DNA of 64,000 nt from Raja brachyura (taxonomy: Eukaryota): NCBI GenBank assembly GCA_963514005.1, contig OY740792.1, positions 16,926,001 to 16,990,000 on the forward strand, in the 5' to 3' direction. Position 1 is the stretch's first letter. Each line of letters begins with the position of its first letter. This document shows positions 49,700 through 62,442 of this stretch, piece after piece. Made by a program: the position numbers and the translations under genes. The notes beneath the pieces were generated by a model, which worked only from the letters and a program-made list of their open reading frames with translations, had not been told where the DNA came from and did no database searches.

Positions 49700-51190
49700 T
49701 TGGTGGTAGATTACAGCTTTTTTATGATGAATGGAAGTAGCTTACTTCAGATCTGTTTATCAGGAGTGTGATTCAAGGGTTTCGGATTAAATTCATTCCA
49801 AGTGGTGAAGTATCTCTCCAACATGTTCCTAGCAGAACACTTTATTTTTCACAAACAGAGGTAATAGAAATTCAAGCTGAACTCGTAAAATTATGTAACA
49901 ATGGTGTAATTGAGAAGACGGTTCATCAAGTCCACCAATTTGTGTCAAATATATTTCCCCGTTCCAAAAAAGACGGAGGATGCAGAATCATTTTGGATCT
50001 GACAAAACTAAATCCATTTGTACTCCATAAACACTTCAAAATGGAAACATTGGTTACCACCGAGCAACTGATTTCCAGAGGTTGTTATATGGCAACCATA
50101 GATCTGAAAGACGCTTACTATTCGGTGCCTGTTCATTGCGAGCATAGAAAGTATTTTAAATTCATTTGGATGAATCAATTACGGCAGTTTAAGGCACTGC
50201 CGAATGGGTTAACATCAGCTCCTAGAGTAACTAAATTGTTACAAACAATTTTGGGGCTACTTAGATGTCACGGCCATGTAATTATGGCCTAGCTGGATGA
50301 TATTTTAATTATCGGACAAACAAAAGAGTTAGCTAAAACATCAGTGGCAATTGTCAAATTCACACTTGAAAAACTGGGGTTTTTGTTATTCTTTTGGAAA
50401 AATCTAAATTAACACCAATTAGCACAATTGATTATTTGAGGTTCACAATTGACTCATTTAAAATGGTAATTACCTTGCCCAGGGAGAAAAGTGTAGAGCT
50501 AATTGAGGATTGTATAAACTTTTAAACAAACATCAACCTTCAATTAGTCAAGTGGCAAGGCTGCTTGAGAAAATGGTAGCAGCTTTTCCAGCAGTCCAAT
50601 TTGGGCCTTTGCATTATCAGCAATTACAAACAGCATAGGAACATGCACTCAGGGTACAATTGGGTCATTATGATAGGCCCATGCAATTATCAGCAGAAGC
50701 AATTACTGATCTTTTATGGTGGATCCAACATGTCTCCAGTAGTTTCAGCACAGTGGTGCTAGAACAACCTTCCATGGTCTTATAGACTGATGTCAGTGCG
50801 CTTGGGTGGGGTGCCATGGATACAACTTGAAATTGTGGAGGAAGATGGAGTATGAAAGAAGCTTTGTTTCTGCAGACATGGGGAATAAACCATTTAGAAC
50901 TTTTAGGAGCGTTTTATGGGCTCAAGGCTTATTGTTCTAACAAAAACAGTCTGCATGTTCAGCTCCAAACTGATAACACTACAGCAGTTGCATATGTTAA
51001 TCACATGGGTGGTATCAAGTCGGTATCTTGTGACAGGCTGGCAAACCAAATCTGGATCTGGTGTATTGACAAACACATTTGGCTCTCAGCTATATATCTG
51101 CCAGGGAAATTCAATACTGTGGCAGACACCAGGTCACGAAAGTTCCATGACAACATAGAGTGGATGTTGAATCGGGATATGTTCTAAGAG
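49700..51190 (+). pseudogene. DIRS RT + RNase H (disrupted)
   Basis: KKDGGCRIILDL, IDLKDAYY, LPNGLTSAPR, *LDDILI; TDVSALGWG, INHLELLGA, TDNTTAV, PGKFNTVAD. Confidence 0.88.
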
Positions 51191-51199
51191 ATCATTGTC

Positions 51200-51910
51200 A
51201 AATACGGAACGCCAGATGTCGACTTTTTTGCATCCAGACTTAACCACCAGCTTCCCAAATATTCCCAAGAACTGTTCCAGAGCCGATGGAAAAAAGCACT
51301 GAGCATTGCAAAGGACAAACTGCACCCCCTCCACACATATCTGGATCTCCTGCCATCACACAAGAGATACCGTAGCATCAAAGCCCGGACAACCAGAATG
51401 CTAAATAGCTTCCTTCCACAAGCTGTGAGGCTGCTAAACAGTCACTCCACCTGATTCTGCTGCTTTTTTGCACTGACAATGTAATAACAAACTCAGGCAC
51501 TGGACCATTTATGACTGTTTTTACTTGTATTTTAATGTTGCTGTGTTTTTTAACCTGCACTTTTAACTATTGTATTGTTTTTATCAGGGACTGGATTGTT
51601 TTTTATTGTTTTTATTTATGTGTGAATTGTTTAAGCTTTATGTGCGATGCTCTGGTATTTCCTGGGAAACGTCTTCTCTTTTTGCACTGTACAACTGTTG
51701 CTTTGCAAGATGACAATAAAGGTTGATTGATTGATTGATATGTGTCATGGGAACCAGATCCTGGGGCAGTAGTGATTGATGCTTTCTCGCTGAATTGGGG
51801 TGGTATGTATATATATGCATTTCCACCGTTCTGTCTCATAAATCGTTGTCTGCTTAAAATCAAGCAGGATGCTTCAGGGGTACTGGTGATACCCGACTGG
51901 CCTACCCTTT
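51200..51910 (+). pseudogene. DIRS DNA N6-adenine methyltransferase-like domain, interrupted
   Basis: PDVDFFASRLNHQLPK | YVSWEPDP..DAFSLNW..YAFPPF..IPDWP. Confidence 0.8.
51263..51737 (+). mobile_element. Rex/Babar 3' fragment nested in DIRS
   Basis: LLPSHKRYRSIKARTTRMLNSFLPQAVRLLN; (attg)n tail. Confidence 0.8.
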
Positions 51911-52024
51911 GATCCTGCAGCTGATGACACAAGCCCTGATGGATGTTCCCAAATGAAGGGATTTATTGGTGCATCCGGTAACTGGCGAATGCCATCCGTT
52001 GTATGACCATATTGATTTGTTAAT

Positions 52025-52995
52025 TTGCAAGTTCTAAGAAGGCCATATCTGGGGCATGGATTGTCAGGTCGAACTGTGGACATGCTTACAGCATCTTTGA
52101 GATTGAGTACTCAAAAGCAGTATATTTGTTATGTAAAAAAATGGGAAGTTTACTGTGTACGATATAATATTGACTATTGTACAGCACGTATTTCACATGT
52201 TCTGGAGTTTCTGTCAACCCTCTACTATGATGAAGGACTAAGTTATAGTGCAATCAATACAGCAAGAAGTGCTTTATCATCATATTTAGTGATGAAGTCA
52301 GACAAACATTCGATTGGATCTCACCCTCTCTTTGTTCGATTAATGAAAGGATTTTCAATTCCAGACCTCCCAAACCTAGATATATGGCTATTTGGGATGT
52401 GAGTATGGTCCTCAGAATACTACCCGAGTGGTTTCCTGTCTCATCTATGTCTTTGACCAAAATCACCATGAAGGTGGCCATGCTTATGGCATTGGTTTCA
52501 GCACAAAGGGTACAGACGTTGCAAAAATTACAGTTAGATAGAATGGAAAATGCTGCAGACAATGTTACGTTTTACATTTATGACCTCCTCAAACAAAGCA
52601 GGCCAGGTGTTACGGGGTTCAAAATAGTATTTCCAGCATATCCCACGGATCCTTATGCGTAAAAAAACATCTGATGCAATACATTGCAGCTACAGAGGAC
52701 TTGCATAACATGGAGACAGGATTGTTTATCAGTTATAAAAAAAACACATAAGAGAGTGTCAGTCAACACTATTTTGAGATGGCTGGAACAAGTCTTGATT
52801 GATGCAGGTATTAACATTGATGTGTTTACATCTCATTCCCCTAGGGCAGCAGCTACGTCGGCGGCCAAAGTGAGGGACGTGCCCGTCGACCATATTTTGC
52901 GGCCGCTGGATGGGCAAATGAGCTGATGTTTCAGAATTTCTATCATCAGCCGATTATCGATCCAGGGCTGTTTGCCAATGCCAGTTTAAGTTCTG
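52025..52995 (+). pseudogene. DIRS tyrosine recombinase (disrupted)
   Basis: LSYSAINTARSALS, SAQRVQTL, SHSPRAAATS, AAGW...NFYHQP. Confidence 0.85.
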
Positions 52996-53726
52996 TTTAA
53001 GTGCCCTGGGATTAAGGGGTACTGTTGATTGTTTATATTTTTAAATAAACCTTATTACTGCATGAAATGCAATGTTACTACTAATGCATTAATTTCTCAT
53101 TCGAGTCAATCAATGCAGTGGGATGCCGAGATTTGTAATCTGCGGCATGAAATCACAAAGCTTTGAACTCTTCACGGAATCACTCACGTGACTCCGAAGT
53201 AAAATAGTAAGATTAAACGAGAATTTACCAGTTTGAAGTTTGATCTTGATTTTATGAGGAGTTACGTTGGTGACTACGTGCCCGCCACGTCCAACCCTCT
53301 CTCATAAAGGATCATGTGGTGGTTCTCGAGTCACGCATCTTACTATGTCACTTTGGTGTTGTTATTTGTGATTTCGTACCACTGCTTTGAAGATTAGTGC
53401 GCATGCGGCCTGGCGGGTCTTCTTCACGCAATTCCTCATAAAATCCAGATCAAACTTCAAACTGGTAAGTTCTCGTTTAATCTTACTATTATGTGACCTC
53501 TGTTGGATAATCCGGCAAGGCTCTGGAAGCAAGGTTGCCGGAAAATCAATGGATACCTGTAATAAGATTACTTATTGGGATAAATACAAATGTCACTTGC
53601 AAATTAACGCTGAATTGAGGAGATTTAATTCTAAAGTCTTCTGAAAATATGCTACCACAGTTGCTTATAGAAAATGCTATTTCTATTGAAAAAATTCCAG
53701 TAAACAATTCCAAAATAAGATTGTAC

Positions 53727-53839
53727 CTGAAATCTGAACCATGCAAACTTATTGGAAGGCAGCTCCAGAGCCAGCCGTAGGATGCAGTGCTGTAGGACTG
53801 GCGCAACTTCTTCTTTTATCCCCTTTTCACTCACAATGC
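53727..53839 (-). CDS. URB1: URB1 exon: IVSEKGIKEEVAPVLQHCILRLALELPSNKFAWFRFQ
   Basis: CAG/GTACA; 113 nt, phase-consistent. Confidence 0.92.
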
Positions 53840-53869
53840 CTGAAACATAGGAGTTGAACACCCCATTAG

Positions 53870-55449
53870 TAGCGATGTTCCAATACTTACCTTCAGTGGC
53901 GCTGCTGTTCTGCTACTGGCCTTGTGCGCGACTTTGGCGCCTTTGAGAGGGGGGGGGGGCGGGATTAAAATGCCGTTTTCTACTGCTTATTGGAGGCGGA
54001 CTTCCCCGGGCAGCTAACTGCTGAAGAAAAATCGATCCAACTCCCGTTCCCGATTTTAAAAAAATTAATCCTGAGACAATTTAATAATTACATTAAAATA
54101 AAAAGCGACTCTAACACCCTCAATGCCTAAAACATGACGGATCGCATGAATGGGACAATGTAAAATGTAAGTCGTTTATTTTACATATAATCTTGTTTCT
54201 TGGGGTGGCTTTAATCAAATTTTACGATGCGAAAATGTGATTTGGGCCCCATACAAACCGTCGGTGATTTTCCTGCCGACATAGGGTTCAAATACACTGC
54301 AAATGCAGCGTTTCAATCGATCGCGTTCCAGAAAAACTCACTCGCGATGATTTAAATGCTCTTTTTTTTTGGACAATCATGTCATAAGAGCATCTAAATC
54401 GTCTATATTTTGTGTTATTGTCTATCCATAGTCAATATTTTTATACTAAATATCAGTTTTAGTCCCATGTATTGTGCAAAAAATAATAATTTAAATTATA
54501 TTGAGTGGATGTTTCTAGATTAATTTATGGGAATTAAACATTAAATTCCTTCCATCTGGCATATAAATTCATGACCGTGAGATTTAAAAATCATGTTATA
54601 TTGTGAATTCTTGTGTGAATGGGATTAGTTTGTTATTTGGATACTTAGGCTATTTAAAAAATATATATCCTTATCTTAAGAAATGGAACTACAGGACATT
54701 CTTAATGGGAAAGTATTGGGCAGAAAAGCATGTCATGCGTGGTTTAAAGAGCAAAAACTTGTAGTTTACAATGCCACAATTGAAACGTTGAGGAAAAACA
54801 AGGTGTACAGAGTTGCTTATTGGTTACAATCTGAGGAGTAAGATGATGCTACTGATTATAATATGCCAATGTACCAGCTAGCAACTGATCTTCTCCATAA
54901 AGACTTGGTCTATTGCTAGAATTTGTAATTTATTTACCTATCTGTTACGGACTTACAGCATACAATTCAATAATATTAAAGTTCTAATCTTGAGAATATC
55001 ACATTTTTGAATTTTCAAGCCAGTCTGGGTGTTTATTACTATTTCCGTCACAACGGTCAATTTTGTAATTAACTACAATTAGGTAATTAACTAATTAATT
55101 TCAAATTAACTAAAATTAACTATTTTAATTTCAGGTCATCCACGTAAGATGTTTTATATTTGTTTCAGAATGCCTCAATCTATAATAACTGAAAATGTCA
55201 TTCAGTTCTCTTGATTTTTAAGAATATTATGGGCTTTTGACTGTCCTCGATCACAGCTTTTGTGTTAAGTCAATGGAAAACAATAGGGAACAAGATGCTA
55301 ATTTCCGAGTATGAAAATGGCCATAACTTTTTTAATACTGAAGATATGAAAGTGAATTAAATGCCAAATTAAACTTCTTTTTATGCTTTATCTGATGGGA
55401 TACATTGCAATCTTGATTTTTAAAATCTCAACATTTTGTAACATTGCTA
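53870..55449. mobile_element. Non-autonomous DNA transposon (TAG...CTA termini), copy 2, with extra internal segments
   Basis: TAGCGATGTTCCAAT ... ttgtaacattgCTA; colinear with 35965-36837. Confidence 0.75.
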
Positions 55450-55909
55450 CCATGGAAACACAACATCATCATTCAGACACTAGCAAACCCACCTCTCTAA
55501 ATATGACCTGATGAACATAAACTTATTTATTTTATTTATCCTTGTGTTTATCCAGCTAAGCATTTAATAATATGTTACCTACCTACATATTCTCACCAGT
55601 TCTCAAAAAGGACTATAACAAAAAAAAGACCAACACCACCTCGAATGTTGCTTTGCCAAATATGAATGTAGAGATATAGTGAAAACTTAAAATACAATTA
55701 TTTTTGGATAATTAGTGCTCAATTATCCATAATATAGCATTTTATCACCATAAATGTTAATTCCCTCCACTACCAGTGTGCAGTGGCTGCAGTATGCATC
55801 ATCTACAAAACACATTCGGGTAATATACCCAAGGGTACTGTGACAATCCCTTACAAACCCCACAACCTCTACTACCAAGAGCAAAGGGTTTGGGTGCATG
55901 AAAACACCT

Positions 55910-56046
55910 GCATCTCGACCCGAAACATCACAATTTCTTCTCTCCAGAGATGCTGCCTGTTGCAGTTACTCCAGCATTTTGTGTCTACCCACAGTATGTA
56001 TCCTAGCATTTTGTGTCTACCCACAGTATCTACCCACAGTATGTAC
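55910..56046 (+). repeat. Penelope-derived end plus local tandem duplication (agcattttgtgtctacccacagtat)
   Basis: Direct repeats at ~55973, 56005 and partially 56029. Confidence 0.65.
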
Positions 56047-56933
56047 CCTAATTTCAACTGCTGGCAAGTCAGAAAAAGAAATAGTACCATGGAGCAAGAT
56101 TCTACATTACATTTACTTTGGATAGAACTATTACATTTCCTTGAATTTTCTAAAATGTACCTGATTAATCCCGTTTTATTCTAATCTGCATCCTTGATGA
56201 GAAAGGGCATTGCAGGTAAAATATAAAACAGTCAGAACTAGTTTTTTTTCTTACTTTTCTGAATTTGTAGCCTCTTCTTTATTAGCCCTCAGAATTATAT
56301 AGCTCATTCGTGCAACAACACACTGACCTTTGAAAATGTCTGTTAAACTCGCTGTTAAATACTCAAGTTAACTGGTATTGTGTGTGCTTCAATGGAATAC
56401 ATTCTACAATTAAAACAAGAAAATAAAAACTATTGCGCAAAGCTCATGGCTAGAATATATATTTGGAATCGCCCCCATAAGTAAATAGTAACGATACCAA
56501 GAATTATAATTAGCTGTATTTCACTTTCTTCTGAAAATCAAACACATTTTACATCATGTGCTCTCTAGTGAAATGGTGAAACCCTGCATCTCCATAATTA
56601 ACAGCATTGGAAGTTCCTTCATAGCAGGATGCTATGAATGAAGAAATACGTCACAAGCACCTTCCAGAGCAATTAGGGATGAGTATAAATCTTGCCCTTG
56701 CTGGTGATTTTATCTTCTGTGCAAGAATAAAACAAATGCTATTCCACATCTTCACACTGAATGATCACCTGCAGCTGTTTTTTATGCAAGAACAGACAAG
56801 TGTCTATGAATGATAAAATGTAGTGAGAAAATATATCTAATTTGCACCTAATTAATTATTTTTTCCAAGTGACAGCTGTTTATTACCAAATATTTCCAGA
56901 AACTCTGTACCTTTGAAACAGCAGCATGCTTAC

Positions 56934-57056
56934 CTTTAAGTAATTTACTGAAATCAAATGCACATTGTGAAACCACATGAGGGACCACTTTCTGGTACAG
57001 ACAGATAATATGGAGCACCATTGCCTTTACAATAGTGGTTCTAGCATCATCGTCGC
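56934..57056 (-). CDS. URB1: URB1 exon: DDDARTTIVKAMVLHIICLYQKVVPHVVSQCAFDFSKLLKG
   Basis: ICLYQKVVPHVV..FDFSKLLKG conserved; TAG/GTAAG; 123 nt. Confidence 0.93.
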
Positions 57057-57257
57057 CTAAAAAGAGATGAGTCAAGCTTTACCAAGATAAAACAAACTAA
57101 ATTAAATGTGCAAATCCAATGTTTAATAATACCAAAAATATTTAAGATTCAAATTAATAAAGGATATATTAAAACATATCCAGGATTAAAAATCACGATT
57201 GAAATTTATGAAAATTATAATAATCCAATTTCATCATTGATGTCATTTTATTTTATT

Positions 57258-57520
57258 TTAGTTTAGAGCACAGTCCACGCAACCGATGATCACCCGTACA
57301 CTAGTTCTATCCTACACCCAAGGGACAATTTATAGAAGCCCATTAACCTACAAACCTGCACATCGTTGGAATGTGTGAGGAAATTAGAGTACCTGGAGAA
57401 AACACAGGCAGTCTAGAGGGAGAACGTAGCAACTCCACACAGACAGCACCCATAGTTAGAATCAAACCCGCGTCTCTGGCGCTGAAAGGCAGCAGCTCTA
57501 CTGTTGCCCCACTGTGCCAT
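57258..57520 (-). mobile_element. V-SINE
   Basis: Similar to 31812-32105. Confidence 0.7.
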
Positions 57521-57534
57521 CCACTCTATGCAAG

Positions 57535-57860
57535 CACAATCTTTCCACGCAAGACAGAGGTTCATGTGCACCTCCCCTAACCTGATCCACTGTATTTGGT
57601 GTTCCCGATATAGCCTCCATTACATTGGCGAGACCAAGTACAGCCTTGGTACTAGATGATGGCGACCGTTTTGCAGAACACTTGCACTCAGTCCACGGAT
57701 GCCCACCGGATCTCCTGGTTGCTAACCATTTTAACTCCCTTCCCACCCATACTGATCTTTCTATTCTGGACTTCAGAATGAACCCTCTTGCAAATTAGAG
57801 AAACAGCACCTCATATTCCGTTTGGGTAGTTTAAGTTCTCTAATTGTAGGTGAATAATGT
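57535..57860 (+). mobile_element. Penelope GIY-YIG fragment
   Basis: RQRFMCTSPNLIHCIWCSR..HYIGETK; EKQHLIFRLG. Confidence 0.75.
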
Positions 57861-58204
57861 TAACTCCCCCCCCCCCCCCCCCCCCCTTTTTATTTCTCTC
57901 TCCCCCCCTTGGTATTTTTGGTCAGCATTTCTAATTTAATTTATAAATACCTCCAATAATTCAAGGTCTGAAGGAATAGCACTTCGTTGTTTTTATAGGC
58001 CTTAGAAAGTGAGTGGCCGTCATTAACAGTTTTCAAATTGTTCAAGGGGAAATTAACCCTTGGCAAAGTTAATGGGCAATAAATGTTTAAACAAATGGAA
58101 ACCATGAGAAAAGAGGGAGCAATGGATTGTATATTTTCGTGATACACAAAAATGGAATCTCACTTCTCCCACGTTAGTGGCATTTCTGCCTCTTAATGAT
58201 GAAG

Positions 58205-58900
58205 GTCATAGAGTTAATGAGCAGTATGGAAACAGGCTCTTTGGCCCAACTTGTCTATGTCAACCAATTTGGCATTCTTGGCTAGTCAAATTTGCCCACA
58301 TTGGCCCATATCTTTCCAAGCTCTTCCCAGCCACATAGCTATTCAAATATATTTTGAAAGTTGTAATTGGATTTGTTTCCATAGCTTCCTCCAGCATTTC
58401 GTTCCTCTGTGAAAATGTTGTCCCTGGAGTCCCTCTTAAATCTTTCCCAGATAGTTTTTGAAATCCTTTACTCTGGGGAGAAAAAAAAAACTGTGACACT
58501 CACTCTATCCATGCCCCTCATGATTTTGTCTACTTAAATAAGGTCGCCCCTCAGCCTTCCATGCGCCAAAGAAAAAAAAGTCCTCGCCTATCCAGGCTCT
58601 CCCTATTATGCAGGCCCGCAAGCCGCTTCCACAAAACGAGGCTTTGAGAGTACTCATGATCTCTCTGTTCCACAACACTCTTCAGGGCTCTACTATTTAC
58701 TGTGCAAGCCCTGCCCAGGTTTGACATACAAAAGAGCAACACCTCACACTTAAATTCCATTTGCCATTCCTTGGCCCACTTTCCCAACTGATCTGATCTT
58801 AGATATCCTTCCATACAGTCAACAATACCACACCATTTTGGTGTCATCTGCAGATTTACTAACCATGTTAACCACAGTGTCATCTAAATCATTGAAATAA
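58205..58900 (-). mobile_element. Degraded CR1 3' region
   Basis: LGKWAKEWQMEF.CEVL. Confidence 0.7.
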
Positions 58901-59023
58901 ATGATGGTCTGCACCACTGACATGCAGTTTTTATTTGCTACCAGTTATAGTCTATAGATTATTTTTAATTTAATCCACACAAGGCATTTCCTCTCCCTTC
59001 CAATTCCAAGAAGAAAATGGTAC

Positions 59024-59168
59024 CATGATCTTCTGTAACATTGGAGGTCTCCATGGCAGCATAGTAGATTTCTGTGTCGTTTACATCTTCTTCTTGCTTT
59101 CCATCTTTATCTTCATTTTTTAAAAGTGATTGCCATGTTGCTACGATGCTATTCATGTCTGGCAAATG
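59024..59168 (-). CDS. URB1: URB1 exon: HLPDMNSIVATWQSLLKNEDK...EDHG
   Basis: CAG acceptor, GTACCA donor, 145 nt, phase fits the next exon. Confidence 0.85.
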
Positions 59169-60492
59169 CTGTGTTAAAAAGAGGGAAAGCATTAAAATAA
59201 AATGTCAAGCAGTTGTTTCTTTGGAATTTTTTTGGAAATGCAAATTTCAATGTAATTTAGTATACTGTGCATTAAATAACTGTTTCACTAATTATAACAA
59301 TGATTAAATTTGATCCAACAGCAACTTTTATCCTGAATACAAAATTAGAATGTTTTGATGGGAAGCTTAAATACTATATGTAGATAGCAATGTAAAGCAT
59401 TGTTGGCAATTTCATGTAATTATGTAAATGTAATTATGTTTCATCAAAACCATTTGCACTTCTAAAATAGTGTGCAAGCTTTACGATATATGCCCTTTAG
59501 TCAGTTTTATTTCTCTTATCAAACATTGTGCATATTATTTACATCCCTCTTCAAATTAACTCATTTCCTATGGCCAAGCTAATGATTATTCAAAGCTTGG
59601 AGGATGTCAATGAGTGCTAGTCTCCAACTCTCATTATACAGCAAAAAACAAACCAATATTTCCTTGGACAAAGTTTCTTTGCCCATTACCAGACAACTCC
59701 AAATTAATTTCTCACAAAGACGAAATAAGAGTTTTCAGTTGATTAATATTCAAATTAAGATTCCCGAGTTGGCAGTTCACTTTTCCATTATTGCAACGAA
59801 TGTGAATGTCAACTTTCCTCGAATGGCATTTCGCTCACATTTGTTCTTCTTTATAATTGATTTCTCTGATGCCTTTCTTAATGGAATACCATCCAGTACT
59901 CACCCAATGCCTCTCGATTGACCAAATCCCCCAACCTCTTCACCTGATACCTCCAACTTCACTCAAAACCTTCTGCTTGTAACCTACTCTCTGTTCATCC
60001 ACATCCACATTATTTCCAACCTAACTCATCTACAGTGGAGGAAGACTCTATAGTAGATTTGTGTATCTTCTTGCAATTAATTTAAAATGTGCACCTTCTA
60101 ATCCACCCGCAGATATCTTATATCTAATGTTTCTGTCTGTCTCAAGCCGCTGTCCAATCTTTCCAGTCTTTGAGTCTGGCCTTCAATGCAGTTGTTTTTG
60201 TTCCATCCGACACTCCAGTTGAAGTCTTTGAACTTCTCATTCCTATTTTCTGGAGGTTCCTTCCTAATTCATGTCCCTCTCCACCATCGTGTATCTTCTT
60301 GCAATATATACAAGTTTTGATTACCGCAGGCTACACTAAAATGCAACATCACTCTTTTACTTCTGCCTTTCTTCACCCATTCAGTTGTGTCAAAAACAGT
60401 GCAGTATTTTCTGTCTTATATAATTTTACGTTGAAAACAATATCTCATCCAGGCGAGATAATTTGGCCTGGTGTGCCTGTCGTTCTTGGTAC

Positions 60493-60666
60493 CTTGCTGA
60501 GTTTCTCTCTGAACTGCTGTGTAAAGTCCTCCATTGTGTTGGGATTGTAAATTTCAGAGTATTGCCACACGTCCTCATTCAGACAATGCTCAATATTCTT
60601 CAGTGCCCTCTTGAGAACAAATGCCAGCAGAGAGAATGTAGTCTGTTGAACAACTTTATTTGCGAA
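60493..60666 (-). CDS. URB1: URB1 exon: FANKVVQQTTFSLLAFVLKRALKNIEHCLN...FREKLSK
   Basis: CAG acceptor, GTACCA donor, 174 nt; LKRALK..HCLN motif. Confidence 0.9.
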
Positions 60667-60899
60667 CTGAAAGTAAAGAAAAACACCTTGTTTAAAACAA
60701 ATTAAAAACAATTTGCATATTGATTGAAAAAAGTAAATGGCTTGCATTTCAGTTTAAAAGCTGATAAATATAAATTAAAGATAATATAAAAATACAGAAT
60801 TTAAATTAATATTTTCCAGAAGACTCACGAAAAAAAAAAATTCTGACAGGAACTGCTATTGTGCGATTCACAATTCAGTGAAAAACGGAGTCAGGAGAA

Positions 60900-61232
60900 T
60901 CAAGAGTGTTCATCAGATCATAAGTGGTAAGAGCAGAGTTAGGCCTTTAGGCTCATCAAATCTACTCCACCATTCAATCATGGCTGATCTAACGCTCCCT
61001 CCTAACCCCATTTCCTGCCTTCTCCACAAAACCCCTGACACACGTACTAATCAAGAATCTATGTCTGCCTTAAAAATATCCATTGACGAGGCCTCCACAG
61101 TCTTCTGTGGCAAAGCTATTCCATAGATTCACCACCTTCTGACTAAAGAAATTCCTCCTCATCTCCTTTAATTCAGAGGCTATGACCTCTCGTTCTGGAC
61201 TCTCCCACTAGAGGAAACATCCTCTCCACATT
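60900..61232 (-). mobile_element. CR1 3' end (degraded)
   Basis: Similar to 11720-12012. Confidence 0.7.
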
Positions 61233-61720
61233 GGGTGTGTTTTATTGTCAGATGTACTGAAACAAACATTAACTCTGAGATTGGCTTCCATGAAGTCAAT
61301 TTTCTATCCAGTTACCTAGGTCTCCCTGAATCCCATGCGGAATAATTGGCAACAGACTGAGTAATAGGATATTCCCAGATAATGGAGAATCCAAAAAGTT
61401 GCCAGTACGTTACATTCAATAGCTGCTTCTGCAGGAAATTAGAGGGTGCCTGGAAAGTGATGTTTTCTATTTCATAGTAGTACAGCTTTAGTGTTTCTGA
61501 CTTTTGTTTACAAGACCAACCAGAAGGTCACAAGGCCAGTACCTGCCAATAGGTGTAAACTGCTAAGAGTAAATTCAGTAAACACCAAGTTACCAACTGA
61601 GGCATAGTTTGAATTAAGAAAGGAAATAAAATGGCTGCAGATAGTAACAAACGTGGACAGAGCAATTATTCTTCAGAGTGGAATAACAGTCAAACTATTA
61701 TTAAATACGTCTTTTCTTAC

Positions 61721-61858
61721 ACCGATTCCCTGAATAAACATGGCTTTAGTTGCCACTGGAGGTACAGTCGTGACCATCACCATCGACAGGAGGCGAGAAA
61801 CTGGGATGTATTCCTTTGTCTTGAAAGCCTTGGAAACCTCTGGCTGTGCTTCATAAAT
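61721..61858 (-). CDS. URB1: URB1 exon: IYEAQPEVSKAFKTKEYIPVSRLLSMVMVTTVPP...FIQGIG
   Basis: TAG acceptor, GTAAGA donor, 138 nt in phase; not in the ORF track. Confidence 0.92.
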
Positions 61859-62442
61859 CTAGAATGAAAGTTTAACATGCAAATAAAATATTAAAATCCT
61901 ATCTTAGAGAAAGAGTTTATTATTAGAATGTGCAGAAGCTTTTTTGTTTACACTAATGAGTATTTTTGATTTTATGAGCCATAATAAGAATCTTCCCTCC
62001 TTTGGGTTAGGTACATTTATTATTATCATATACACCGAAATATGAAAAACTTTATTTTGCTTTCCATCCATTATATTATCATACCACACAAACATACATC
62101 AAGATGCGGCAAAAGACGAAAAAAAGCAGAATGTGGTATATAGTGTTACGGCTGCAGAGAAAATGCAAAATCAACTTTTGACTTAAAGTTACTTTGATAT
62201 ACTACCAACTATAGAGAATTGTGCTATTTCAATTTGAAATTTAAAAAATTGCATTAATTAGCTGACAGTCTTCATTTTGAATGTTCTCTCTTTATGCAAA
62301 TCTTTGCTAAATCTTGCTAAACTTTCCCCTAATTTTCATGCTTATCACAACATTTCTAATCACTGACAGCATTTATCTTCAAAATGAACTATTCAGAACC
62401 AAACCAAATTTGAAAAGTTTGTGGAAATGATTTGCTTCCTAC

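Larger units (their letters stand above)
48350..53490 (+). mobile_element. DIRS1-like tyrosine-recombinase retrotransposon, structurally complete but with stops and frameshifts
   Basis: Inverted terminal repeats, internal complementary region at 53169-53260, gag/RT/RNase H/methyltransferase/recombinase order. Confidence 0.92.
48107..53559. mobile_element. Tigger/pogo-like MITE split by the DIRS element
   Basis: TA|CAGGTccatcaccgattttcc ... ggaaaatcaatggatACCTG|TA. Confidence 0.6.
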
